Origin: Hemiscyllium ocellatum
Taxonomy: Eukaryota
DNA: 64,000 bases
NCBI RefSeq assembly: GCF_020745735.1
Contig: NC_083432.1
Coordinates: 32,326,533 to 32,390,532, forward strand
Direction of reading: 5' to 3'
This document shows, in pieces, positions 1-14,300 of the stretch. The notes beneath the pieces were generated by a model. It was not told the DNA's origin. It made no database searches and was given only the letters and a program-made list of their open reading frames with translations. The translations under genes were made by a program, and so were the position numbers. The stretch's first letter is position 1; each line of letters begins with the position of its first letter.

Positions 1-63
1 TTGAATCTTTTATATCTCAGCACTCAGAATTTAAGGTTCTTTCAGACTTATGAAAGGACACTA

Positions 64-257
64 GGAGGAAGTGAGGACTGTAGATACTGGAGATCAGAGC
101 TGAAAATGTGTTGCTGGAAAAGTGCAGCAGGTCAGGCAGCATCCAAGAAGCAGGAGAATCGACGTTTCGGGCATGAGCCCTTCTTCAGGAATGAGGCAAG
201 TGTGCCAAGCACGCTAAGATACAAGGTAGGGAGGAGGGACTGGGGGGCGTTGGAAAG
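64..257 (-). mobile_element. Penelope-derived short element, family A, with minimal hammerhead ribozyme (HHR) motif
   Basis: Minus strand reads CTGAAGA-A-GGGC-TCAT-GCCC-GAAAC-GTC (~163-190), then the same ~100-nt tail as copies at 35152, 42574, 49148 and 55601. Confidence 0.75.
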
Positions 258-3200
258 GACACTGCCACACACAGTATTTCCAAGACACAATGCTGTTGCT
301 TGTCACCTAACCATGAGAGGAACGGTAAAGTAGTTTAGAAATTCATTTTCTCAGGACTGAACATTATGCTGGATTTCTAAAAGGCATCACATGAATTCTT
401 TTTTTTGGCTAATACCTAATATGCACGTTTTAATCTAGTAAATCTATGATGAATGTTACAAAGAAAAATGTTCTTTACATTTCTTCATGAAAATGCATTT
501 CTAAAATCATAAACTCTGATACATTGGCTGTCTCTCTAGGTTTGGTTTAATTGAAACCAACCAAATATGTTACAAATATGCCATACTCTGACAATTATTA
601 TTGCTATCTGTTAATTTGATTAACTTTCTTTAGCATCTCTTATGCTCCCTGATGACCCAAGACCATTTGACCTGTTCTAGCAAAACAGGTATCCAGGCCA
701 ATGAACTTAACTGTGTTCTGCCCTGTAATAATAAAATATTGAGCAGTTATACCTTTTTAATTTCAGTAGTGCACTTTTCAATCTGATAGATGAAAATAAT
801 GTATCCAACTTTGTTTCAGCAATCCAAACTTTAATTTTAAAATTGCCTCCAATGTTCCCTCTAAGACATGTGCGGAGCTGCCCCAATGTTCCGCATGTGG
901 CGATTAGCATTGGTTAGTCAACTGCGGCATTGACAGCTTCCAGAAGCTGCTGCTGTGCACTGATCACAGAAGCCTGTATCGCCAGTCTCTATAAAAACAA
1001 ATTAGAGGGAATGCTGGTTGTTTACACATTTGAAAATCAACTTTGGGAGTTGACAGGAAGAAGGTGGAGGTTGCGTTTCTCCCATGCATCCACCACCTTT
1101 GACTTCCAAGGTTGTAAAGGTGATATTGTCACAACTCATTGGAATAGTGCACTGGAAATCAAGTTCCATTATTGCCAAAGTTAATCACCAATTTTGCCTA
1201 GCTGATAAACTCAAATTAAAAGAAAACACTCTCAACAGGTTTCTATACTTAACAAGAAAATAACTTTTATGAACAAATTTGTCTTTGGCAATTAAGAAAC
1301 AAAAATTGCTAACTTTGACTTTCTAACTGAAACTCCATTCTTTTAATTCCTCCTCTCAAACAAACAGATAAGACATGGATATTAAGTGTGAAACAAACAA
1401 GTCAGCAACACCAGTTTGATAGCACCCAATTTCAAACATGAGTTGTCTTTCAGTTTATTCCAATTCATTCTTGTTCTTTGCTGTTGACACTATTCAATGA
1501 TTGAGAATCTGTCCTTACATTGTCTTACTCTTATTCCAACAGAAACAGGAGATTTGCAGAGAAAGGTGAGTGAAGACAGCTCATTGTTACTAAAGACTTT
1601 CTCATGCTTCCAAACAGGACAGATTTTCTTTAATGCTTTTTCTTTGATGCACTGTCCCCACACCAACCTTGGGCACCTAGTCAGGAGCAAATTAAAATGT
1701 TGCTAAGCAATTGTTCCTCCATTTGGAACCCATCAGATTAGTGCTGTCTGCTTTTTGCTATCCTTGTTCCAGGAAAATGCAATATTGAATACAACTCAGT
1801 GTGCATCAGTAAAAAAAAGTATTTTTCAAAACTGCAGCTGTCTCTTTGGGTGAGAGCAGTTTTTTGATCACAATCCAAAAACAGGAAATAAAGTATGGTA
1901 TTAACACTGTTTAGAAATATCATTAATTACAGGAAACAATTAAGCCCCATTGAGATTGAATACCTTACTCTCGTCAAGGTTTGGGCCTTCAAAACATAGT
2001 AAATGCTTCATACAAAACTCAATTAGTATGAGGTTAATCTAAGTCTTTCAAGGGCATAGGTGTACTTGGAAATTCTTTGAACTGCCTTCCCATTCATCTG
2101 TTGATGTAGCAGGGAACAGACAGTAACTGTAAGAAAATGGGGTGAAGGATATCCCCTGATTGCAACCTGAAATCAAAATTTAAAGGTCTAATCTAAATTA
2201 AACTTTCTTTTGATTTCTGGTCAGAAATTAAAATTATACACTTGCAGGAATGTTGCAGCCAAAATATTTTTGAAATCATGAGCTAAGATTTTGAATGTCT
2301 TTTTACTTAGTGCAGTAAACATAAATAAAGGGTGACTTAGTAACGAGATACTGGCCTCTGTGTAGTTATTTCCAGGAGTATGGGATTAATATTATGGGGA
2401 CTCGGATACGAAAGCAAGTTTTATTACGTGATATTTGTTTACTTCAGGATCACTGAAGGTGAGCTGAAAACTTGTAACATCATCCACTCAGGGAGACAAC
2501 CATTTCATTGCATCTACAGGGAGTGTACATGCTGTTATCAAGTTCTCTTATACTCATGTTTGTAGATTTTAATTTTGAAACAATATGTTGGAAGTCTCTA
2601 CTTCAATTCAATTTTCCTTGTCAAATCTACATTTCCACCAGGGTCAGATAAGATTCATGCTCTAACAAATTTGATCAGTCTCTAGATTATCTCCAAGCCT
2701 TGACAAAATTTCAAAGTCCTGATGCTGTTCATGGTCACTTGACACAATATTGAATGTCTTTAGCTGATAAAAATAATATCATCCATCATTAGCACAGACA
2801 ACAGATGTTTTCCATTCTTACAATGAAACATGACTTTACGTCCACAGAAGACAAAGTTATCATCCTAGTTAAAAGTTGAAAGTATTTTTCATGCCAGTCT
2901 TAAAAGTAAACTGCCTGCACTTTTGTTTTAAAAGCCACAGGATGTTTTTGTTGGAACCCAGTGTTGTATTGTTAAGGATTCTAAATTTATGCCATTCATA
3001 TAAGTGTAAGGTGCTATTTGCTGTCAATAAAGTATTCCATTGGATGATAGTTGAATCAACAATTTCAATGAGTTTGAGGTAGGTAATTTTTCGCCAATTA
3101 GACAGCATGTACAAGGGACCATAGTTAGAAGGAGACATTACTCCACATCAAGCATGGGGCATTCAGAGAGTTAGGCCTGTCTGCCAGCCAGCCAGCCAAC

Positions 3201-3990
3201 CAAGAGCTGTAATTATTTTAATGGCTCCCAAGATATCACTTTGGTAGCAAAACAGATTGCTTTTATGTGCTGCTAGTGAGTTAAGTTACTAACAACCAGA
3301 AAGTCAAAGAATATATTCAGCTAGATGGACAAAGCTTTAGTTTTTTTGGCTTCAGTGACATACTTGGGAGTTTGGACTGTTTTGAAAAGCTTGGACCTGG
3401 TACCATCATATTTAAGTAAAAGTATGTTCTGTTCAGTAACACCATTGCAAATCATAGTTGAAAGTACAACTGCGTGGATGTGTCAATTAGTTTTTGAATC
3501 AGAGTTTCTAGTAGCCTAGTAATCATTCCAGTTTTGTTCTATGGCCTGAGATCAGGAAATATGTCCTCACCTTGGCATGAGAAATGGAACTAGATTAGGA
3601 TGAGACTAGATTAGGACGTATATCCACCTGGTACTGACTCATTTTTAAATAAAGATATGGAAAAAAAACAGAACTGAAAACCAAGGAGACAAAAAATGTA
3701 CAGCAATACCACAGATCAAACCAAGAAAAATAATAGCTCAGACAAGAACCAGAATGAAAATAAACTGATTATTGACAAGATGACACAATCAGAAAATAAA
3801 TGAAGGAAAACATAAGAATGCATATCAACTATGCAACATCTTTTTTAAACATAATACATTCCTTTTCAGGAAAGGCATATAAAGAGTGATCAATAGGTAA
3901 AATTATTGTCTACTCACAAGACTGTCTTCAAATAACTCCATAATAAAATGAGTCACTACCACAGGTAAAGCTAACTTCTGAATATTGTTC

Positions 3991-4246
3991 TGAAGTTTCT
4001 AGTGATTAGAACAAGGAGAAAGTGAGGATTGCAGAACCAGATGGATCTCATAGAATGAGTTCCCTGACTGGATCAAGTTAACAGCCCCAATCAATCAGGG
4101 AGCCCTGGCTGACTGACATAAACAGGAGTGTCAGGGGTCCTCCGTTTCGGAGCCAACTTTGAACTAGACGGGTCAGTGTCACTTACTATGCACCTGTAAA
4201 TAAAGGGTGACTTGGTGATTCAATATGGCCTTTGAAGTTATTTCAA
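3991..4246 (+). mobile_element. Probable solo LTR-like fragment
   Basis: Starts TG and ends ttatttCA, with internal AATAAA; its 3' part (taaataaagggtgactt...gttatttc) recurs at ~2323-2372; no TSD seen. Confidence 0.4.
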
Positions 4247-4304
4247 AGTTGTTTATTATTACTGGGAAAAGCAAAGGAAAATATCAGGAACAGTTGGAGT
4301 GACA

Positions 4305-6976
4305 TCACAGAGACATAGAGATGTACAGCTTGGAAACAGAACCTTCGGTCCAAACCGTCCATGCCGACCAGATATCCCAACCCAATCTAGTGCTATCTGC
4401 CAGCACCCAGCCCCTATCTCTCCAAACCCTTCCTATTCATATACCCATCCAGATGCCTCTTAAATGTTGCAGTTGTACCAGCCTCCATTATTTCCTCTGG
4501 CAGCTCATTCCATACCCATACCACCTTCTGTGTGAAAAAGTTGCCCCGGAGGTCTCTTTTATATCTTTCCCCTTTCACCCTAAACCTATGCCCTCTAGTT
4601 CTGGATTCCCCAACCCCAGGGAAAAGACTTTTCCTATTTACCCTATCCATGCCCCTCATAATTTTGTAAACCTCTAAGGTCACCCCTTAGAGCCTCTGAC
4701 GCTCCAGGGAAAACAGTCCCAGCCTGTTCAGCCTCTCCCTATAGCTCAAATCCTCCAACCCTGGCCACATCCTTGTAAATATTTTCTGAACCCTTTCAAG
4801 TTTCACAACATTTTTCCGATAGGAAGGAGACCAGAATTGCATACAATATTCCAACAGTGGCCTAATCAATGTCCTGTACCGCCACAGCATGACCTCCCAA
4901 CTCCTGTACGCAATACCAAATGCCGCCTTCACTATCCTGTTTACCTGCGACTCCACTTTCAAGGAGCTATGAACCTGTACTCCTCGGTATCTTTATTCAG
5001 CAACACTCCCTAGGACCTTACCAGTAAGTGTATCAGTCCTGCTAAGATTTGCTTTCCCAAAATGCAGCAACTCTAATTTAACTGAATTAAACTCTATTTG
5101 CCACTTCTCAGTCCATTGGCCCATCTGGTTCAGATCCTGTTGTAATCAGAGGTAACCCTCTTCGCTGTCCACTACACCTCCAATTTTGGTGTCATCTGCA
5201 AACTTACTAACTGTACCTCTTATGCTTGCATCCAAATCATTTATGTAAATGACAAAAAGTAGAGGACCCAGCACTGATCCTTGTGGCACTCCACTGGTCA
5301 CAGGCCTCCAGTCTGAAAAAAACCCACCACCCTCTGTCTTCTACCTTTGAGCCAGTTCTGTGTCCAAATGGCTAGTTTTCCATGTATTCCCTAAGATCTA
5401 ACCTTGCTAATCAGTCTCCCATGGGGAACCTTGTCTAACGCCTTACTGAAGTCCATATAGATCACATCTACCGCTCTGTCCTCATCAATCCTCTTTGTTA
5501 CTTCCTCAAAAAACTCAATCAAGTTTGTGAGACATGATTTCTCATGTAGAAAGCCATGCTGACTATCCCTAATCAGTCCTTGCCTTTCCAAATACATGTA
5601 CATCCTGTCACTCAGGATTCCCTCCAACAACCTGACCACCACCAACGTCAGGCTCACTGGTCTATAGTTCCCTGGCTTATCCTTACCACCCTTCTTAAAC
5701 AGTGACACCACATTAGCCAACCTCCAGTCTTCTGGCATCTCACCTATGACTATCGATGTTACAAATATCTCAGTGAGAGACCCAGCAATCACTTCTCTAG
5801 CTTCCCACAGAGTTCTGGGGTACACCTGATCAAGTCCTGGGGATTTATCCACCTTTACCAAGACATCCAGCACTTCCTCCTCTGTAGTATGGACATTTTG
5901 CAAGATGTCACCACAGTCTACATCTTCCATATCCTTTTCCACAGTAAATACTGATGCAAAATACTCATTTAGTATCTCCCCCATTTTCTGCAGCTCCACA
6001 CAAAGACCACCTTGCTGATCTTTGAGAGGCCCTATTCTCTCCCTCGTTAGCCTTTTGTCCTTAATGTATTTGTAAAATCTCTTTGGATTCTTCTTAATTC
6101 TATTTGAAAAAGGTCTCTCATGTCCCCATTTTGCCCTCCTGATTTCCCTCTAATTATACTCCTACTTCCTTTATACTCTAAGGATTCACTCAATCTATCC
6201 TGTCTAAATGCTTCCTTCTTTTTCTTAACCAAACCCTCAATTTCTTTACCCATCCAGCATTCCCTATACCTACCAGCCTTTCCTTTCACGCTAACAGGAA
6301 TACACTTTCTCTGGATTCTCATTATCTCATTGTCTCATTGTCTCATTTCCAGCCATCCCTTCACCTGCGAACATCTGCCCCCAATCAGCTTTCGAAAGTT
6401 CTTGCCTAATACTGTCAAAACTGACCTTTCTCCAATTTAGAACTTCAACTTTTAGATCTGGTCTATCCTTTTCCATCATTATTTTAAATCTAATAGAATT
6501 ATGATTGCTGGTTCCAAAGTTCTCCCCCACTGACACCTTAGTCACCTGTGCTGCCTTATTTCCCAAGAGTAGTTCATGTTTTGCACCTTCTCTAGTAGGT
6601 ACATCCACATACTGAATCAGAAAATTGTCTTGTACACACTTAATAAATTCCTCTCCACCTTAAACCCTTAACACTATGGCAGTCCCAGTCTATGTTTGGA
6701 GAGTTAAAATCCCCTACGATAACCACCCTATTATTCTAACAGATAGCGGAGATCTCCTTACAAGTTTATTTCTCAATTTCCCTCCGACTATTAGGGGGTC
6801 TATAATACAATCCCAGTGAGGTTATCATCCCTTTCTTATTTCTCATTCCACCCAAATAACTTCCCTGGATGTATTTCCGAGAACATCTTCCCTCAACACA
6901 GCTGTAATGTGATCCCTTATCAAAAATGCCACCCCACTCCTCTCTTGCCTCTCTTTCTATCCTTCCTGTAGCATTT
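4305..6976 (-). mobile_element. CR1 LINE, 5'-truncated (partial endonuclease + RT, frameshifted)
   Basis: ORF fragments PGNYRPVSLT, SQHGF, SCLTNLIEFFEEVT, YMDFSKA, RPLLEYCMQFWSP, RTRGH; CR1-type 3' tail at ~4305. Confidence 0.95.
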
Positions 6977-7130
6977 TGTCATTGATGCAGACAGCCCACA
7001 TAACTACAGCAATTAACATTATCCAATACTCGAAACTGTATTTTGCAAATTAGTTTTGTTAGTTCATATCAAGCCCATTAGAAAAGCTAAATCTGTACTA
7101 AATTCTTTATGCCAGTTTAAAGGTGCGTTC

Positions 7131-7675
7131 TTAGAGTCATAGAGATGTAAAGCACAGAAACAGATCCTTCGGTCCAATTCGTCCATGCCAACCGGATATC
7201 CCAACCCAATCTAGTTCTACCTACCAGGACCTGGCCCATATCCCTCCAAACCCTTCCTATTCATATACTTATCCAGATGCCTTTTAAATGTTGCAATTAT
7301 ACTAGCCTCCACGACTTTATTTGGCAGCTCATTCCATACATGTATCACCCTCTGTGAAAAAGTTACCTCTTGGATCTCTTTTGTATCTTTCCCCTCTCAC
7401 CCTAAACCTATGCCCTCTAGTTCTGAACTTCCCCATACCCAGGGAAAATACTTTGTCTACTTATCCTTTCCATGCCCCTCTTGTTTTTATAAACCTCTAA
7501 GGTCATCCCTCAGCCTCCGACACTCCAGGGAAAACAGCCCGAGCCTATTCAACCTCTCCCTATAGCTCAAATCCTCCAACCCTGGCAACATCCTTGTAAA
7601 TCTTTTCTGAACCCATCCAAGTTTCACAACATCTTTCCGATAGGAAGGAGACCAGAATTGCATACAGTATTCCAA
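7131..7675 (-). mobile_element. CR1 LINE 3' fragment
   Basis: EYCMQFWSPSYRKDVVKL...LGLFSLE; colinear with 4310-4850. Confidence 0.92.
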
Positions 7676-8974
7676 AATTCTTCTGCAGTTTGAAACTATA
7701 ACATCTTCTGTGAGATGCAGAGGTACTAGAAGCTATAGCAAGATGTTCAAACTTCCCAATTATTTTGCTACAAGTTACCATTGAGTATAATTTGAAGTGT
7801 TTTGATTATATTAAATACACAATGAAATTAAGGATTCTAAAAATTAATAACTTGAGCGTATCATTTTTTCTAAATTTCTATTTGACTCCTCCCTCAGCTT
7901 AAGCACACTTCCTCCATGTTAAGACAGCAAAAATTAATTCTCAATATTTGACTACCATCACCTGATTTTTAATACCAAATTTAACAAATTTAAATGGTTT
8001 AAAAAAGGGGGAGAAATGACTTAAAATGGCTACAGTGCTTACTTGACCAGATTGAACAAATTTCTTGAAACCATCAATAAACACCCAGTATGAATACATC
8101 AAAATGTCATCAAAATGACAGATTTGTGTTTGACTTTTCTTTCATCTTGCTGGAAGATAAAAGATCCAACTGCAGATTATCTAGCTTTTTTGTTGCAGGA
8201 GAAATATCAATGAAGATGAACATAGGAATATACAAGTGAACTCGATTTCAAGTAACAGCTTTTCAGTAGAGAGAACAATAAATCAATTTGTAACAGGAGA
8301 ACTGGAATGTCTGCTCTTTCCTCCCCACAGCCTTTCAAAGTTAACATCAATGAAAAGAAAATCAAAGAAACACCCATTCACCAAAAACTCTTGTATCCAC
8401 AAATTTTGCTGCTGCTGAGGTTTTAAGTCATCAATTAAATAACCATCTCAGGTTAAACTTGACATTTCAAAGATTCCAAGGACTTTTCAAATTACATCCT
8501 GATCTTTCTCTTTGTACTGGACCGTCTCCTATTTTTAAACTTGATTTTAAACATGTGTCCGTTTGAGATCATATTTGATTATTTCTCTCTGGGTTTAGAT
8601 CAATACATTTCCTCTTTCACTCAATCTTAATTCACTCCTTCATTCTTGAATTAATAAACTGCATTTTTAAGTGTTGTAAAGCTGTAAGCTAAAAAGAATT
8701 TTAAAAATCTGTGGCCAACCAAGGGCATTAATGGGAGGGGAGCCAATTCAAAAGAAAAATAACATCTTGTCACACTGTCAGTATTATTCTTGAACAGTAC
8801 TGGCTGCAATCTTCTAAATAGCAATTACTTAGGTTATATAGATTGTTTTAGCTGACAAGTTAGGTAAATGCAACCACTACTGCGATAATAAATCTCTACT
8901 GAGTTCACTTCCTAACTTAATTTGGATTTTCACCTTTCGTCCACTATCATATCTTGATAGTAATTGACTCATGG

Positions 8975-9290
8975 AATCTCTTCATTGTGGGAGCAGGCCA
9001 TTTGGCCCATCAAGTCCACACTGACCTTCTGAAGAGCATTCCATCCACGTATACCATCCCTGCTTTTCCCATGGCTGGTCTACCTAGCCTGTACATCCTG
9101 GACACTACAGGCAATTCAGCTTGGCAAATCCACCCAACCCACACATATTTGAACTGTGGGAGAAAGCTGGAGCACCCGGAGCAAACCTGCGCAGACAGGG
9201 GGAGAATGAGTAAACTTCACACAGACAGTTGCCGAAGGGTAGAATTGAACTCCGGTCCCTGGTGCTGCCAGCGCTAACCACTCAGCCACC
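8975..9290 (-). mobile_element. tRNA-derived SINE (HE1/V-SINE-like), diverged copy
   Basis: Same head, body (gtgctccagctttctcccacagttc) and tail as the younger copies at 34310, 40943 and 45930. Confidence 0.8.
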
Positions 9291-9894
9291 CTATTTTACT
9301 TGTTGAATTTCTTTGATTTTGATCCAATGAATTATGAAGTGGAAACTTTTAGGGACTTGAGTCAAATGTGCTCTGGTGATCTTTGTGGCAAAGAGCAATC
9401 CAGTGAGGCCTGTCTTAGTATTGGATGCATCTTTTAAGCATTTGTTAAGTTGTCATGGACCAGGCCAGACCTCCTTAAAACATTTAAAGAAAGTAGCCTG
9501 GACCCTAACTTTTCTATTTGTTTTAAGCAGGTGTACAGTGGATATTCTAGGAGTGATGCAGCTGGCCCAGCCACTTAGTTTTAGACAAAACAGAATTTAT
9601 TTGCAAGATTACCAAATGATACAGAAACAAAAGAGAATCGATTACAGAATAACTTAATTTGTCAAGAAACCCAACGGACTATCCCAGCTTAATGATGCTG
9701 TCTCAAATACTTGCAACAATCCCCATAAACACCCTTTGGCAAAAAAGGTAAAATTAAATATGAGTCTTACAGGAGAGAGCAAGAGATGGCAGAGATATTC
9801 CGCATCGAACATCACCTTCCCTGCAGCTATTTCTTGGAGTAGCAACCTCAGAACTGACTGACCAGCAGCTCTACACCCAAATCAAACCAAACCC

Positions 9895-10120
9895 TTGTGA
9901 TCGATTCAGGGCAGATGTGTCAGAGGTAGTCTCTTTACTCAGAGTAGTAGGGGGTGTGGAACGCACTGCCTGCAACAGTAGTAGACTCCCTAACTTTTTA
10001 AGGGCATTTAAATGGTCATTGGATAGGCATATGGGAGAGAATGAAATAGTGTAGGTTAGATAGGCTTCAGATTGGTTCCACAAGTCGGTGAACGTCGAAG
10101 GGCCTGTACTGCGCTGTAAT
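9895..10120 (+). mobile_element. CR1 3' end fragment
   Basis: Matches the reverse complement of the CR1 tail at 12311-12560 (gcatttaaatggtcattggataggcatatg). Confidence 0.8.
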
Positions 10121-10121
10121 A

Positions 10122-10125
10122 GTGT

Positions 10126-10156
<31 letters not shown>
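10122..10156. repeat. (TG)n microsatellite
   Basis: Directly visible. Confidence 0.95.
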
Positions 10157-10157
<1 letters not shown>

Positions 10158-11372
10158 TCGTTCAAAGCTGAGCTGGGAGAACTGGCCACTCCCCTTTCAT
10201 TGTACATGTGTGTTTTTAAAGTTCAAAGCTTTTTGCCTAAGGCAGTGTCTGTTAGCTATAATCAAATAGGCCCTAAAACCCTTCAAAACTAGACTTTACA
10301 GAATAAAAGTCAAGGACAGCATAACCTTGTTAAATGAGCGGCATCGTCACACAGTGAGGTGAGTTTCTCCGTGATTTGCCAATTAAGAGGGATTTGTTCT
10401 TGTTAAGTGCCCTTATTAACACCACAACTCACATCATAATGTTCGGATTCCTATCTTTCCAACATAGCGAACAAGCTAGGTGTTAGAAATTCTTGACATG
10501 GAAGTCAGAGCAGGTACCTGGTGACTTCAGCTTGCCACTTGCTTCAAAGGACCTCCATTTTGGACACTATGAACCAACATCTCACCATGTAACAGCAACT
10601 ATCACTGTGATGCTGCAGCAAGGGCACTTTGCTCTCAAGGACACACTCACCCAATTCATGCTCTGGACCAGGCTGCAACTCCAGGATCTTTGTTTGCTCT
10701 CATAGCACTCACTCACTCTGAGCCTACCATGATGCTCATGGAATTCCTGCTTTGTATTATCTTTTTGCATTTTCCCCTCTGAGATGCCCAGCTCATATTA
10801 CTTCTGTCGTGCCTTGCCATTTAGCACAGACACAATGAAGAAGCTTGTCATGGTTGTCAACACGCCTTAGCAGTCCCAGTCAATGCCGGGGAGATACACT
10901 AATCAAAGGCTATCCTGACACAGCAGGTTAAGGGCTGCCTCCAATACCAGTCGAGGAGCATGGACATAGTCAGTCAGTCAGCATCTCTGAGTGGCCAGAG
11001 CCAGGATGCACCCAACATAAGGGGTGAAGAGCCTACCACCTCTCTTGTGTGTGTTTTTTTCCCAATTGTGAGCTGTTTTCTTCCTGGAGTGAAGCAGATA
11101 TTATGAGAGATAGAAATGGTGGCACAGCCATTAGTTTTGGTGCAGGTGGGGAGGTGTCCCATGCAAGTGAATAGAAAATGTTGATGGAAAGCAGAGTTAG
11201 AGCTGGGAGGGGCGGCCAGGGGCGCGGTGGGGGGGGGGGGGGTCGGAAGAAGCTCAATTACATTCCAGCTGTAAGTGCCACCACTTTCTCTCCAAGACCT
11301 CACAATATTTTTGCTACTTACCCATCTCCTACCAAGGCTCATGCTATACTACTCCCTCTCTATGTTGCCTGT

Positions 11373-14300
11373 GACAGTTGCCGAGTGGTATTATTGCAAG
11401 ATTATTAATCCAGAGACCCAGGTAATGTTCCGGAGGCCCAGGTTTGAATCCTTCAAGGAGATGGTGGAATTTGAATTTTAAAAAAAACTTAATCAGGACT
11501 TAAGAATCTATTGTCCATGAAATCATTACCGATTGTTGGAAAAACCTATCTGGTTCACAAACGTCCTTCAGGGAAGGAAATCACTGCAACCTCACCTGCT
11601 CTGGCCCACATATGACTCCAGACCCACAGCAATATGGTTGGCTCTCAATTGCCCTCTGAAATAGCCTAGCAAGCCATTAAGTCATACCAATTGGTACAAA
11701 ATCTCAAAGAGATGAAACCAGATGGATCACCTGGCATCGAGCAATGCACTGGAAAAGACAATTATAGAAACAGCCCTGCCGACCCTGCAAGGTCCTTCGC
11801 AATAACATCTGAGGGCTAGTGCCAAACTTGGGAGAGCAAATTCGCAGACCAGTCAAGCGATAGCCTGACATTGTCATATATTGTCGTACCTCACAGGTAA
11901 TATCCCAGACACCACCATCACCATCCCTGAATATGTCCTGTCTCACTGGCCGGACAGAACCAGCAGAGGTGGTGGCACAGTGGTATAGAGCAGGATAGAA
12001 TAGTTCTGGGAGTCTTCAACATTGACTCTGGATCCCATGAAGTCTCATGACTTCAGGTTAAACAAGGGCAAGGAAACCTCCTGCTGATTACCACGTACTA
12101 TCCCCCTCAGCTGATGAATCAGTTCTCCTCCATGTTGAATAACACTTAGAGGAAGCACTGAAGCTGGCAAGGGCACAAACGTATTGTAGGTGGGGGATTT
12201 CTATGTCCCCCACCAAGATTGGCTCAGCAACAGTATTACCATTTGAGCAGGTCAGGTCCTAAAGGACAAAGCTGTTAGACTTAATCTGCATCAGGTTGTG
12301 AGTGAACCAATAGAACACAGAACTTGACAGCGCAGTACAAGCCATTTGGCCCTCAATATTGTGCCGCCCTGTGAAACCAATCTGAAGCCCATCTAACCTA
12401 CACTATTCCATTCTCGTCCATATGCCTATCCAATGACCATTTAAATGCCTGTAAAGTTGCCGTGTCTACAACTATTGCAGGCAGTGCGTTCCACGCCCTA
12501 ATACCGAGAAAAAAAAAACTACCTCTGACATCTGTCCTATATCTAACACCCCTCAATTTGAAGCTATGCCTCCTTGTGCCAGCCATCATTATCCTAGGAA
12601 AATGGCTCTCACTATCCATCCGATCCAATCGTCTAATTATCTTATATGTTTCAATTAAGTCATCTCTCAACCTTCTTCTCTCTAACGAAAGCAGCCTCAA
12701 GTCCCTCAACCTTTCCTTGTAAGACCTTCCCTCCAAGCCAGGCAACATCCTAGTGAATCTTTTCTGAACCCTTTCCAAAGCTTCCACACCCTTCCTATCA
12801 TGCCGTGACCAGAACTGCATGCAACACTCCAAGTGCAGCCATACCAGGGTTTTGTACAGCTGCACCATGACCTCATGGTTCTGAAAGCCGTTCCCTCTAC
12901 TAATAAAAGCTAATATACCGTATGCCTTCTTAACAGCCATATCAACCTAGATGGCAACTTTGAGGGATCTATGTACGTGGACACAGAGATCTCTCTGTTT
13001 ATCTACACTACCGTGAATCTTACTATCTGCCCAGTACTCTGCATTCCTGTTACTTCTTCCAAAGTGAATCACCTCACACTTTTCTGCATTAAACTCCATT
13101 TGCCACTTCTCAACCCACTTTCTATGTCCCTCTGTGACCTACAACATACTTCGGCACTATCCACAACTGTACCAATTTTAGTGTTGTCCGCAAATTTACT
13201 AACCCATCCTTCTTCGCTCTCATCCAGGTCGTTTATAAAGGCGACAAACAGCAGTGGACCCAAAACAGATCCTTGTGGTACACCACTACTAACTGAACTC
13301 CAAGATGAACATTTCCCACTCTGTGTCTTCTTTCAGCTAGCCAAATTCTGATCCAAACCGCTAAATTGCCCTCAATCCCATGCCTCCGTATTTTGTGCAG
13401 TAACCACCGTGGGGAACCTTATCAAATGCCTTACCGAAACAAGAGGGAAAAACATACTTGACTTCAACCTTACCGATCTGCCAGCTGCAGCATCTGTTCA
13501 TGACAGCATCAAAGAGGGACCACCACACAGACAATGTGTAGACAAAGTCCCACCTTCACATTGAAAATAACCTCCATCTTGTTGTGTGATATTATCACCG
13601 TGCTAAATGGACCAGACGTCAAACAGATCTAGCAACTCAAGACTGGGCATCCATGATGCTGTGGGCCATTAACTGCAGCAGAATTGTAATCGAGCACAAT
13701 CTGTAACCTCATTGCCTGGCAGTTCCCCCACTCAACCATTACTATCACAGCAGGGGATCAACCCTAGTTCAATGAAAATTGAAGGAGGGCATGCCAAGAG
13801 CAGAACCAGGCACACCTGAAGATGAGTTGTCAACTTGATGAGACCACCAAACAGAACTACTTACATGCCAAACAACTTAAGCAGCAAATGACAGATAGAG
13901 CTAAGCGATCCCACAACCAACTGCAGTCCTGCCGCATCCAATCGTGAATGATGTTGGATGATTAAAAAACTTACTGGAGGAGGCGGCTCCACAAATACCC
14001 CTATCCTCAACAAAGGAAGGGCCCAGCACATCAGTGCAAAAGACAAGACTAAAGTTCTTGTACATAAGAAGAACATATCCAACCTGGCCAATTACCACCT
14101 TATCAATCATCAGTAAATTGATGGAAGGTGTCAACAACAGTGCTACCAAGCAGCACCTAGTCAGCAATAACATGCTCTGTGTTGGCCAGAGCCATTCAGC
14201 TCCTGATCTCATTACAGTCTTGGTTCAAACCTGGACAAAAGATGTGAAGTTCAGAGGTGTAGTGAGAGTGGCAACCCTTGACATCAAGGCTGCATTTGGT

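Larger units (their letters stand above)
9451..10351. mobile_element. Probable solo LTR carrying a nested CR1 fragment and a microsatellite
   Basis: TGTCATG...CGTCACA termini; flanks aagt/cagt give an imperfect 4-bp TSD. Confidence 0.5.

Noticed and set aside
446-519. ATGATGA...CTGA, C/D-box snoRNA-like spacing
   Set aside because: No terminal stem, no recognisable guide sequence, AT-rich context
1530-2466. Plus-strand micro-exon-like AG...GTGAG patterns (~1542-1565, ~2448-2458)
   Set aside because: Isolated, no recognisable peptide or gene context; expected by chance
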